A stretch of DNA of 64,000 nucleotides, from NCBI GenBank assembly GCA_002010065.2, contig MTMD02000011.1, forward strand, positions 3,910-67,909, written 5' to 3'. A model generated the notes under the pieces. That model made no database searches and was not told the origin of the DNA. It saw only the letters and a program-made list of their open reading frames with translations. The stretch is from Candidatus Pyrohabitans jungbluthii. GTDB taxonomy: Archaea; Hydrothermarchaeota; Hydrothermarchaeia; Hydrothermarchaeales; BMS3B. Numbering within the stretch: the first letter of the stretch is position 1; the number at the start of each line of letters is the position of its first letter. This document shows positions 51,408-60,628 of this stretch, piece after piece. Made by a program: the position numbers and the translations under genes.

Positions 51408-51800
51408 ATGGCGGATAAGAGTGTATTCTTTCTGGTAAGGAAGACGTTCAAGGAGGAGGTTCCCAACACTGCCATTGACCACGCCCTCGGCTGCCTCACA
51501 GTGCTGGAGTTCGAGGTTGAGCCCATCGTAGCTTTCATTGAGGAAGGTGTGCTTAACTGCCTTCGCGGGCAGGATGGGCTAGGCACTTACGGCATTGAGA
51601 GCCCTGAGGACCGCATAAAGATGCTGCTTATGAGCGAGGTAAAGGTGCTCGCGTGCAAGGAGGACATGGAGCGCTATGGCATAACCGAAGATATGCTCTG
51701 CGATGCCAAGGAGTTCGACGTAGAAGAGACCATTCAGCCGGTGAGCTTCGAAGAAATCAAGAAGGGCATGGAAAGCGCAGACATGGTGATGGTTTTCTAA
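51408..51800 (+). CDS. dsrF: DsrF/TusC-family sulfur relay protein
   Basis: AFIEEGV..L..Q, ACKEDMERYG, ADMVMVF. Confidence 0.75.
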   Translation: MADKSVFFLVRKTFKEEVPNTAIDHALGCLTVLEFEVEPIVAFIEEGVLNCLRGQDGLGTYGIESPEDRIKMLLMSEVKVLACKEDMERYGITEDMLCDAKEFDVEETIQPVSFEEIKKGMESADMVMVF

Positions 51801-51907
51801 GCCCTCCAGGTTTTTTGCTTTTTGTGGAGATGCAACAGAAAAAGGGACTGTTAAAAAATAGTAAAGTATTTATATTAAATTTAAAAACATCTGAGTGAGG
51901 TGGTACT

Positions 51908-52645
51908 ATGGGAGTCCTGGCAAACTTTGTTGTGAATGTGTTGCCGTATATAACCTTCATAGTTTTTGTCGTGGGGGTTATATACCGCATTGCGGTGTGG
52001 TGGAGCAGACCATCGCCGATACCCATTGCCGTCTTCCCGGGACAGCGAAGCGTTGGCAGCGCAATAGTGAGGGTGCTAAGCGATGTGATTTTCTTCCGCT
52101 CTCTGCTGCAGTTCAAGGGGAATCAGATCCTGTGGCTTGGCGCGTGGCTATTCCACATAAGCTTTGGCCTCATTCTGCTGCGCCACCTGCGATACTTCCT
52201 GGGTGCTGAGGCGGTGCCCGGCTGGGTGGCAGCGGTTCAGGGAATAGGCATAGCTGCTGCGCTTGTGATAAGCATACCCTTGCTCTACCTGCTGCTACGC
52301 AGGATAGTGCACGCGGACATAAAGTGGATTTCTACGCCCGCTGACTACTTCGTGCTTCTGCTGATACTCAGCGTGGTGCTCTCAGGGTTATACGCCAAGT
52401 ACTTTGCCCGCCCCTTCGTGGTCGACGTTAAGTACGTGATACGCAGCTTGATGGCGCTCAAGCCAGTGGACCTAAGCACCGTGACCCTGAACACAGCATT
52501 CCTGGTGCACTTCTTCTTGGTGCAAGTGCTGGCGATGTACATACCCTTCAGCAAGGTGATGCACTTCGGCGGGATATTCTTCTCGCCCACGCGAACCCAC
52601 CACTTCGGTGGTGAGGCGCACACCAAGCAGCTTGAGGAGGCGTGA
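51908..52645 (+). CDS. dsrM: DsrM (NarI-like membrane b-type cytochrome)
   Basis: FFRSL, WLFH...LLRHLRYF, STPADYF.L, HFFLV...PFSKVMH..G.FFSPTR. Confidence 0.9.
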   Translation: MGVLANFVVNVLPYITFIVFVVGVIYRIAVWWSRPSPIPIAVFPGQRSVGSAIVRVLSDVIFFRSLLQFKGNQILWLGAWLFHISFGLILLRHLRYFLGAEAVPGWVAAVQGIGIAAALVISIPLLYLLLRRIVHADIKWISTPADYFVLLLILSVVLSGLYAKYFARPFVVDVKYVIRSLMALKPVDLSTVTLNTAFLVHFFLVQVLAMYIPFSKVMHFGGIFFSPTRTHHFGGEAHTKQLEEA

Positions 52646-52647
52646 GA

Positions 52648-54264
52648 ATGGGAGAGGAGCTTGATAAAGTATATAATGTGGAGCTCAAGCCTGGCGCTGG
52701 CGAGAATTACGTTTGTCATCTCACAAAGCCAGAGTTCGCTGAGAAGATGGCCAACAAGATGCCCACCGAGCCCCTGCCAGACGACCAGATGGTGGAGGTA
52801 GCGTTAAAGCGCCTTGACCAGCTACGCAAGGAGAGGAAGAGCCTGCAGCTTTACCTTGACATATGCGTGCGCTGCGGTGCCTGCGTGAAGCAGTGCCACT
52901 ACTTCCTTGGTACGGGTGACCCGAAAAATACGCCTGTGGGCAGGGCAGAACTCCTGCGCAAGGTTTACAGGGCGCACTTCACCATAAGCGGTAAGCTGTT
53001 TGGCTCGCTGGTGGGCGCCCAGAAGCTTACCCCTGAGGTTCTGAAGAACGAGTGGTACAAATACTTCTACCAGTGCTCAGAGTGCAGGCGCTGTTCAGTT
53101 TTCTGCCCCTACGGTATAGACCAGGCGGAAATAACGATGGCGGGCAGAGAGGTGCTGAACAGCGTGGGCCTAGCCACGAAATACATCACCCAGGTTATAT
53201 CCCAGGTTTACAAGCACGGCAACAACCTTGGTATACCCGAGGCGGCGTTTAAGGCAAACTGTGAGTTCCTTGAGGAGGAGATTAAGGAGCTTACTGGAGT
53301 TGATGTGAAGATACCTGTGAACAAGGAGAAGGCGGAAATCCTCTACCTCCCTCCGAGCGCAGACCTCTTCACCAACACTGACACCATGATGGGCGTGGCC
53401 AAGGTGTTCCACGCCGTTGGTGCCGACTGGACAATGAGCACCTACGCCAGCGAGGCTGCCAACTTCGGTCTGTTCTTCAGCTACGACGATATCAAGGCGA
53501 TAAACCTGCGCGTTGTTGAGGTTGCGAAGAAGATAGGCGCTAAGCTGGTGATCTTCGGTGAGTGTGGCCACGCATGGCGTGCTGCGAGGCAGTACATGGA
53601 GGCGATGAATGGCCCGTTGCCCTTCAAGTTCATGAATATTCTGGAGTACACCGCAGAGATGATACGCCAGGGCAAGCTCAAGTTAGACAAATCACGCAAC
53701 GACGACGTTATCGTCACAATGCACGACCCATGCAACATGGCGAGAGCTGGTGACCTTGTGGAGGAGGGCAGATTCATAATTAAATCTGTGTGCAACAACT
53801 TCGTGGACATGGACCCCAATGCAATTAAGGAGAAGACCTTCTGCTGCGGTGGCGGCGGTGGCCTGCTCACAGAGGAGATAATGGAGCTCAGAATGAAGGG
53901 CGGCCTGCCGCGCGCAACGGCTGTGAAAGAGGTGGTCAAGTCGCACAACGTCAACTACCTCGCTGCTCCCTGCGCCATAGACAAGGCTCAGCTACCGCTG
54001 GTTATGGAGCATTATGAGATTCCAGTGCAGGTTGGCGGAATCCATGACCTGGTGGGCAAGGCGCTCATCCTTGAAGGTCAGGAAGAGTTCGAGGCAGAGC
54101 AGGCAGCAAAGGCAGAGGCTGAGGCAGCCGCTGCAGAGGGACCAAGCGTCTGCGGTCTGTGCGACGCGGAGTTCGCTACCATGGAAGAGTGCTGCGAGCA
54201 CGCGGAGAAGGAGCACAAGATTTCAAAGGCGCAGTGCGACATGGCATGTGAGCCGAAAAAATGA
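52648..54264 (+). CDS. dsrK: DsrK (HdrD-like Fe-S/CCG protein) with C-terminal zinc-finger extension
   Basis: CVRCGAC..QCHYFLGTGDPKN.P..RAELLR, CSECRRCSVFCPYGID, GECGHAWR, HDPCN, CCGGGGG. Confidence 0.92.
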   Translation: MGEELDKVYNVELKPGAGENYVCHLTKPEFAEKMANKMPTEPLPDDQMVEVALKRLDQLRKERKSLQLYLDICVRCGACVKQCHYFLGTGDPKNTPVGRAELLRKVYRAHFTISGKLFGSLVGAQKLTPEVLKNEWYKYFYQCSECRRCSVFCPYGIDQAEITMAGREVLNSVGLATKYITQVISQVYKHGNNLGIPEAAFKANCEFLEEEIKELTGVDVKIPVNKEKAEILYLPPSADLFTNTDTMMGVAKVFHAVGADWTMSTYASEAANFGLFFSYDDIKAINLRVVEVAKKIGAKLVIFGECGHAWRAARQYMEAMNGPLPFKFMNILEYTAEMIRQGKLKLDKSRNDDVIVTMHDPCNMARAGDLVEEGRFIIKSVCNNFVDMDPNAIKEKTFCCGGGGGLLTEEIMELRMKGGLPRATAVKEVVKSHNVNYLAAPCAIDKAQLPLVMEHYEIPVQVGGIHDLVGKALILEGQEEFEAEQAAKAEAEAAAAEGPSVCGLCDAEFATMEECCEHAEKEHKISKAQCDMACEPKK

Positions 54265-54623
54265 AAGAGATTAGCGAAGCAACCTGGTTCACAGAGGTGA
54301 CCTGTTCAAGTACACCCGTGGCGGTGCACTTCTACGCGGAGTGGTCGCCAGCGTGCAGGGACATAGAATGTCTGCTCGAGGAGTACGAGCAGCGTTTCGC
54401 GGGCAAGCTCAAGTTCGTGAAGATAGACATCGACGCGAATGAGGCGGTGCGTATTGCTAACAGGATAATTGCACCGCCCACCTTAATAATTTACTACAAA
54501 GGCATACCTGTGAACGGCGTACCCGGACCGCAGCCAAGATGGGTGTACGAGAACAGGATCCTTCGCGCTATTAGACTTTACGAGAGAAGGCTGAAAAATA
54601 AGATGGCAAACAGGAGGAGGTAA
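54261..54623 (+). CDS. Thioredoxin-fold protein with SxxC site
   Basis: VHFYAEWSPAC, KFVKIDID, PTLI. Confidence 0.8.
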   Translation: MKEISEATWFTEVTCSSTPVAVHFYAEWSPACRDIECLLEEYEQRFAGKLKFVKIDIDANEAVRIANRIIAPPTLIIYYKGIPVNGVPGPQPRWVYENRILRAIRLYERRLKNKMANRRR

Positions 54624-54625
54624 AC

Positions 54626-55162
54626 ATGAAAAAGGTGTTGATATTCATTGCGATGCTGGGCATCCTTCTGCTCAGCGGATGTGTGGCACCACCGGAGAAG
54701 CCTGTTAAGGATACGTCGCTGAAGGAGCATCCCTCGCCTAAGGTGGACATGGTATACTGGAAGGCGAACCACGGCAACGAGATCGCCAGCGGCAAGGCGA
54801 GCGAGGAGAACTGCAAGAACTGCCACCAGCCAGATAAGTTCTGCAACAAATGCCACGCCTACGTGGGAGTTAAGCTGATAGAGGGCGGCGCTCCCGCCGC
54901 TGCAGCACCTGCGCAGGAGGAGGTGGCTGAGGAGAAAGCGACTGAAGCCAAAGAGGAGGCAGGTGAAACAAAGGCAGCAGCGCTCCACGGCGAGGGCAAG
55001 TGCGATATGTGCCACGACGCTCCTACCTTAGCTGACATGCGCACAGGCTTGCACAAGCAGGCGTTTGAGAAGTTCGACGGGCACAAGAACTTCTGCAGTG
55101 AGTGTCACGATATCCAGACGACCTGCACCAAGTGCCACGAGCTTCCTGCAATAATGCAGTGA
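54626..55162 (+). CDS. Pentaheme c-type cytochrome lipoprotein
   Basis: Lipobox LLSGC; five CxxCH motifs (CKNCH, CNKCH, CDMCH, CSECH, CTKCH). Confidence 0.9.
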   Translation: MKKVLIFIAMLGILLLSGCVAPPEKPVKDTSLKEHPSPKVDMVYWKANHGNEIASGKASEENCKNCHQPDKFCNKCHAYVGVKLIEGGAPAAAAPAQEEVAEEKATEAKEEAGETKAAALHGEGKCDMCHDAPTLADMRTGLHKQAFEKFDGHKNFCSECHDIQTTCTKCHELPAIMQ

Positions 55163-55164
55163 AG

Positions 55165-55201
55165 TTCTTTCCCCTCTCTTCTTCTTTTTTGGTTTAGTTT
55201 T
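55165..55201 (+). terminator. Pyrimidine/oligo-T archaeal terminator after the dsrMK operon
   Basis: TTCTTTCCCCTCTCTTCTTCTTTTTTGGTTT immediately after the stop codon. Confidence 0.5.
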
Positions 55202-55318
55202 AATCTATTAAAGAGATGCTTTTTCGGATAATTTCACTTTAGAGACTCTAGGTCTCCAATGTCGTAACGGAGGGAGATGTTCTACAGCTTTAGCTGGTTA
55301 CTATCTTCGTATAATACA

Positions 55319-56434
55319 TTACACCCTCAAATTCTCCTTATACTCAAGCAGCTTCTCCCCAAATATCAGCGTTACAATTGCCGTAAGGGCAAGGAGCGCA
55401 AAACCCGGGAGCACCTCCCTTAAGGGAACCGCTGGATTCGAGGCGAGCTTTGCAATAAGGTTTACTGGTGAAATTTCGTAAAGCGTATTTTTAAGGGAAA
55501 CGGGGGCGAAAAAAGCGAGGGAGGCGACTATCAGCAACACCGTAACCCCGACGTTGGCATCCTTTATGCTGTCTGAGAGCGCGGAGAGAGCAACACCCAA
55601 GGCAATAAAGAGGATGTCAAGGAGGGCGAGCAGGAGTAAGAGCAGGGGGAGGTTGTACACGGGAATCCCTCTGAAAATAAGTAGCAGCGCCCAGAGCAGA
55701 GCCTGCACAAGGGCGATGCCAGCGATGGGCAGGGCTTTGCCCAGGATTATCTCGCGATAGCTCAGGGGCGCAACCACCAGCAGCTCGTAGGTTCTGCGCT
55801 CCTTCTCGCCCACAATCGCGTCGGTGGTCATGTTGGTTGCGAGAAAGGTGGGGAGAAGGAGAATAAAGGGCACAAGCAAGCCGTACATGAGTTCAACAAA
55901 TTCCGCTGGTCTCTGAGATGGGCTGCCTACAATCTCAAGCTTAATTGGGTTAAGAATCGCCTCCGGAGAGCCCGCAAGCTTTGCCGCAGTCTCCCGCCTG
56001 AGGTTCTCCTCTAGCTTAACAATCGCCCTCGTTACAATTGCGTCTGCATAGCCAGATAATACGTTGGTGTTGTCTATGTAGAGCGTCAGCTCAGCTTTGC
56101 CCTGAGCTATTGCCGCGCTCAGATTCGCTGGTGCTACAAGCACAGCCACAAGGCGCTTTGTCTTCAACGCGCGCCAGTAATCTTCGTCCTCGCTGAGGCT
56201 CACAATTCTGAGGTTTTCAAGCTCCAGAAGCGACGCATCGCCCGCTATACCGAGGCTCACCTGCTGGGGTGGCACATACCTTTGCATCACCTCTGGGTTT
56301 GCGATTGATGTGTAGAGCAGAGCCACGAAGGTTACGCTCACAACAATAAAAAGCTGCACCACGAAGGCGAGGAGGTAGAGCCTCTCATTGAGAATGTCCT
56401 CAAGCTCCTTTCTTGCTAGGGCGAGGAGCCTCAC
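55319..56434 (-). CDS. ABC-2 type (NatB-like) exporter permease
   Basis: ARKEL, IVGEKERRTYELLVVAP, ILGK; 6 TM. Confidence 0.88.
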   Translation of the reverse strand: MRLLALARKELEDILNERLYLLAFVVQLFIVVSVTFVALLYTSIANPEVMQRYVPPQQVSLGIAGDASLLELENLRIVSLSEDEDYWRALKTKRLVAVLVAPANLSAAIAQGKAELTLYIDNTNVLSGYADAIVTRAIVKLEENLRRETAAKLAGSPEAILNPIKLEIVGSPSQRPAEFVELMYGLLVPFILLLPTFLATNMTTDAIVGEKERRTYELLVVAPLSYREIILGKALPIAGIALVQALLWALLLIFRGIPVYNLPLLLLLLALLDILFIALGVALSALSDSIKDANVGVTVLLIVASLAFFAPVSLKNTLYEISPVNLIAKLASNPAVPLREVLPGFALLALTAIVTLIFGEKLLEYKENLRV

Positions 56435-58125
56435 AGCACCACCCCCGCAATTGCGATGTTGAAGAGGGCGTGAGCTGCTACAGCGAGGGTAAACAACGCA
56501 ATGCCTACCCTTCCTCTGTGGTAGAGCCCCACGCCGGCTATAGAGCTTGCTGCGAGGTGCATTACAAGCGTTGTGGCAACCCTCTGGTAGAGCAGCGATG
56601 TGAAGGGTATTCTGAAGAGCATGCTGGCGAGCACGCCAGCTAGTAAAGTTTCCACGAGGAAGAATCCAGCTCCCGCTGTAGCTGCAATCAGCGCGATGCT
56701 CCTTATATTAACCCATTCCCGCTTTCTCCTGAGAATTAAAAATATAGGGAGCAGTTTTAGGCTCTCCTCGACTGCGGTGGAGATGAAAATCAGAAGATAG
56801 AGGCTTGGCAGAGAGTATCCAAGCAGCCAGATTAAACCCACTGCCACAGCCACTTCTATTGCCGCGGATGCCAAAAATACAGCCGGAGACAGGAGCAACG
56901 CAGTAGCTATGCCAGCTATGCGCGGGTGTTTATAGGCAAGCATCGCCTCTATGGCGTCTTCGAGGAGTTTTATCACGCTCGGTCTGGGTCCGAATATTAC
57001 ATCGTCACGATAGCTCAGTCTGGCGGCTACGCCAACGACGCTCAGAGCCGCTACGCTAAGCACACTGAGCAAAAGGGCAAAGGCACTGTTTGAGAATGTC
57101 TCACCCGAAACGGCCCGCGAGAGCAGGTTGAAGGGCACATAGGAGAAAAACTCCCTCGGGGAGAAGAACTCTATGGTAAGCGCATATATTAAGGCTACAA
57201 AGAGAGGAACGTAGAAAACCATTAGAGCTATGTTTGCCTCCTTGAGGTTTCGTGAGTATAAAGCGAGGGCGGTGGCGATGGCGATTACAAGAGCGTTAAG
57301 CGCGGCGAGCAGCAGAAAGGCTTCCACAGGCTTTGCAATAGGGATACCGATTGCTATAATGCCGACTATCCACACAGCACATTCTGCGGTGACAAAGCTC
57401 CAGAGGGAGAGAAACTTCCCAGCGATAATCTCGTACCTGTGGAAGGGCGCTGCAATGAGCGCTTCTATTGTCTTGCGATCCTTCTCACCCACTATCGCAT
57501 CTATAACCAGCCCGCCGGACATGAAGAGGGGGAAGAAGAGCACTAAGGGCACGAGGTAGGCGAGGAAGAAGCTGGAAAACTGCTCACCTCCACGCTGCAC
57601 CACCACTGGCTTGAGAAACTCCCTTTTGAGAGTAACTAAATTTCCCAAGTTTGCTCTCAACCTCTCCTGCCTCTCTCTTGAAAGTTCTGCGCTTGCCGCC
57701 TCAACACTCTCCCTCACCGCATCAAGAGCACTGGAGCTTTTCACTCTATCTGAGAGGAAGAGCCAGACCTCTTGCGCTGAGAGTTCGCTCTCCCTGTAAT
57801 TTCGCGGAATTAGAAGGTAACCTGCAATTAACCCCTTGCTCAGCTCTTCATCAGGTGGCTTAGCGTATCGGTAAAGCTTCAGCCTCTCATTCCTCTCCAG
57901 AGATGCGAGAAGCACCTCGCAGTCGTCGCTCTCCACCACCACGCCAAGGGGAATAAACTCGCGCAGGGATGGTGTGGGAAGGGCGAGGTTACCCTCGGCG
58001 AAGAGATTTCCAAAGGCGGGAAGCAGCGCGAGAAGAAGCAGCGTCTGAGCAATGAAGGCGATCATAAATTTTCTGTTGCTCAGTATCTCCCACAGCTCCC
58101 GTTTTGCGATTGCGAGGACTCTCAA
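56431..58125 (-). CDS. ABC-2 permease fused to a PrsW-family intramembrane protease domain
   Basis: IVGEKDRKTIEAL permease motif; C-terminal VEESLK, GFFLVE, MH, AHALFN. Confidence 0.82.
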   Translation of the reverse strand: MRVLAIAKRELWEILSNRKFMIAFIAQTLLLLALLPAFGNLFAEGNLALPTPSLREFIPLGVVVESDDCEVLLASLERNERLKLYRYAKPPDEELSKGLIAGYLLIPRNYRESELSAQEVWLFLSDRVKSSSALDAVRESVEAASAELSRERQERLRANLGNLVTLKREFLKPVVVQRGGEQFSSFFLAYLVPLVLFFPLFMSGGLVIDAIVGEKDRKTIEALIAAPFHRYEIIAGKFLSLWSFVTAECAVWIVGIIAIGIPIAKPVEAFLLLAALNALVIAIATALALYSRNLKEANIALMVFYVPLFVALIYALTIEFFSPREFFSYVPFNLLSRAVSGETFSNSAFALLLSVLSVAALSVVGVAARLSYRDDVIFGPRPSVIKLLEDAIEAMLAYKHPRIAGIATALLLSPAVFLASAAIEVAVAVGLIWLLGYSLPSLYLLIFISTAVEESLKLLPIFLILRRKREWVNIRSIALIAATAGAGFFLVETLLAGVLASMLFRIPFTSLLYQRVATTLVMHLAASSIAGVGLYHRGRVGIALFTLAVAAHALFNIAIAGVVL

Positions 58126-58877
58126 CTCACAACCCCTCTTGTATACTTCAGGAAGACATCCTCAAGGGTTGGAGACTCATATCCCTCTTTTTTGAGTTCT
58201 GCCTTAAGCTTCTCAGGCTCACCCAAAGCTACAAGCTCGCCCCGCTGGAGTATCCCCAGCCTGTTGCACAGCTGCTCCGCCTCGGGCATGTAGTGGGTGC
58301 ACAGCAACACAGTCTTCCTCCCGCGCAGGGAGGCGATGAACTCCCGTATCTCCCTCGCGGTTAGAGGGTCAAGCCCCATGGTGGGCTCGTCCAGAATAAG
58401 TATCTCCGGGTCGTGGAGAAGGGCGCGCGCTATTGCGATGCGCTGCCTCATACCCTTAGAAAAGGTGGCTATCCTCACGTCGGCTTTGTCCTGCATACCC
58501 ACCATGGCGAGGAGCTCCTCTATCCTTGCCTCTGCATCCTCAACGCCGTAAAGCGAGGCAAAGAAGCGCAAAAGCTGCTTTGGGGTCATGCGTTCATAGA
58601 GGTTTGGCTCTTCTGGTAAGTAGCCGATGAGGCGCTTCACTTCAAGACTACGCTTTCCAACCTCCATGCCCGCGACGAGCACCCTTCCTGAGCTTGGTCT
58701 GAGGGCTCCGCATAGAATGCGAATCGCAGTGGTCTTGCCGGCACCGTTCGGTCCAACCAAACCAAAAATCTCCCCCTTCGCGATACTCAGTGTGAGCTCT
58801 CTAAGTGCCGTTAGGCTGCCAAACCTCTTTGTCACGCGCTCAAACTCGATCATCGCCTTTTTTTTCAAAGCTAACAA
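58122..58877 (-). CDS. ABC transporter ATP-binding protein
   Basis: GPNGAGKTT, FSKGMRQR, ILDEPT, CTH. Confidence 0.95.
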   Translation of the reverse strand: MLALKKKAMIEFERVTKRFGSLTALRELTLSIAKGEIFGLVGPNGAGKTTAIRILCGALRPSSGRVLVAGMEVGKRSLEVKRLIGYLPEEPNLYERMTPKQLLRFFASLYGVEDAEARIEELLAMVGMQDKADVRIATFSKGMRQRIAIARALLHDPEILILDEPTMGLDPLTAREIREFIASLRGRKTVLLCTHYMPEAEQLCNRLGILQRGELVALGEPEKLKAELKKEGYESPTLEDVFLKYTRGVVS

Positions 58878-60416
58878 CTATAACCTCCCCTTTCTTCTAA
58901 GCTGCCTTTCGTATATTTCTCTCAGAGTGCTCAGGGTATCAACCTCCTCCACACCCTTATCGCGGCGAAGGCGCTTAACGCGGGCAAATCGCAGCGCGAA
59001 GCCACTCTCATAGCGCGGAGAGCGCTGCACCTCATCGAAGGCTACCTCTACCACAAGCGTGGGGGTAACCCTAACCACGTTGCCCTCCTGGGCAATCTTA
59101 TGCTTGAGAAGCTCTCGGGTTATCTCCTCCAGCATGGCTTCGCTCAAACCTTTAAAGGTCTTCCCAACCATCACAAAGCGCTCAGTAGCGTCGTCGCGTA
59201 CCGCTAAATGAAGGTTGCTAAGCCAACCTCGCCGCTTACCGTGCCCCCACTCCGCGGCGATAACAGCGAGATCAAGGGTTACGAAGGGCTTTACCTTGAG
59301 CCACGCGCGGCTGCGCTTCCCTGGCTCATACTCTGCATCCAGCTTCTTCACCACGACGCCTTCATGACCCTCACTAAGGGCCTCTTCGTAGAATCGCTTG
59401 GCTTCAGCTACATCGTCGCTCACCACTTGCCTTGAGGCGAGAATTTCTCTACTGGCTATTTCCTCCAGCTTCGCCCACCTCTCCTTGTAAGCAATGTTGA
59501 GCAGGTCTGTGCCATTGATGTGCAGGATGTCAAAAAGGAAGAGCCTGAGCGCTGGCTTGACTTCTTTATCCATGGCAAAGGCACGCATGATGTCCTGAAA
59601 GGGTAGAGGTTTTCCATCTCTATCAAGCGCTATAACCTCGCCCTCCACCACAAGCTGCTCCGCTTCAAGCTGCGCTATGGTGCTCCTAACCTCCTCCAGG
59701 CTTAGCTCGCGCAGCCTTCGCGAGAATATTTTCACCTTATTGCGACGCTTGTGAATCTGCACCCTCGCTCCGTCGTATTTATACTCCAGTGCCACCTCGC
59801 CTTGTAAGGCTTCTTCGATGCTTGCCGCAGACTCCGCGAGCATGGGCTTAATTGGAGTAAAAAGCCTTATCTTTGCCTCGGGCAGCCTGCCTTTGCGAGC
59901 AAGCATGTCTGCAACTTCGCTCAGGTCGCTGAGCAGCGCATGGGCGAGGCGCACATTCTCCGGCTTTGCTCTGAATGCCCTCGCTATAGCTTCCACCATT
60001 AAACCCTCGTTTACGCCAGTTCGCATCTCCCCGAGAATGCTCCTCGCAAGGTATCTCACCTCCCTATCGCTAGCTCTTGAAAAGAGCCCCAGAAGCAGAG
60101 CCTCTTTCTTTTTCCGTGACCCTTCTCCGTGGAGTGCCGCTACCCTCTGAAGTGCCTCCAATACTTCTGAAATGGTTAATGGTGAGCTAACCAGGGTTGT
60201 CTGAGACTTTGAAGCCAGGTTTTTAAGCGTAGTCCATCCGACTTCAAGCGGGGCATTAGTAAGCTTCCCCCCGAGGAGGAGCCTCACCGCTGGGGCGACC
60301 TCATCTTTCTCCAGCGATGCGAAAAAGGAAGCGAGGATTCTGAGCTTCTCAAGCCTTGAGCTGTGCTGTGAAAGCTTCTCCGCGACCTCCGCAAGCCTCG
60401 CGTAGGGGGTGGGCAT
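58878..60416 (-). CDS. lig: ATP-dependent DNA ligase
   Basis: PMLA, EYKYDGARVQIH, EGE, FDIL, EGVVVK, WLKVK, LRFARVKRLR.DK. Confidence 0.95.
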   Translation of the reverse strand: MPTPYARLAEVAEKLSQHSSRLEKLRILASFFASLEKDEVAPAVRLLLGGKLTNAPLEVGWTTLKNLASKSQTTLVSSPLTISEVLEALQRVAALHGEGSRKKKEALLLGLFSRASDREVRYLARSILGEMRTGVNEGLMVEAIARAFRAKPENVRLAHALLSDLSEVADMLARKGRLPEAKIRLFTPIKPMLAESAASIEEALQGEVALEYKYDGARVQIHKRRNKVKIFSRRLRELSLEEVRSTIAQLEAEQLVVEGEVIALDRDGKPLPFQDIMRAFAMDKEVKPALRLFLFDILHINGTDLLNIAYKERWAKLEEIASREILASRQVVSDDVAEAKRFYEEALSEGHEGVVVKKLDAEYEPGKRSRAWLKVKPFVTLDLAVIAAEWGHGKRRGWLSNLHLAVRDDATERFVMVGKTFKGLSEAMLEEITRELLKHKIAQEGNVVRVTPTLVVEVAFDEVQRSPRYESGFALRFARVKRLRRDKGVEEVDTLSTLREIYERQLRRKGRL

Positions 60417-60439
60417 GGTTTACCTCATTTATTTTCTTT

Positions 60440-60628
60440 CTACAAAAACCTCTTCTTAACTCTCTTCAAGAGCTTTGCTTTTCCTGGGAACATCGAAAAA
60501 GTCCATAATATCTGTCCTTTTAAAGATAATTCTCTCCTTAAAACATCGCTGAAGTTTTCATTATCTTTTTTAATGCTGGATATCAAATTGTAAACGTCTT
60601 CTTTCATTGTTATGGTTTTTAAACCCAT
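60440..60628 (-). pseudogene. Orphan VapB-type (DUF217-like) antitoxin, probably frameshifted
   Basis: KTITMKEDVYNL...ENFSDVLRR N-terminus; a plausible continuation KRTDIMDFF lies in another frame; no PIN toxin adjacent. Confidence 0.6.
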
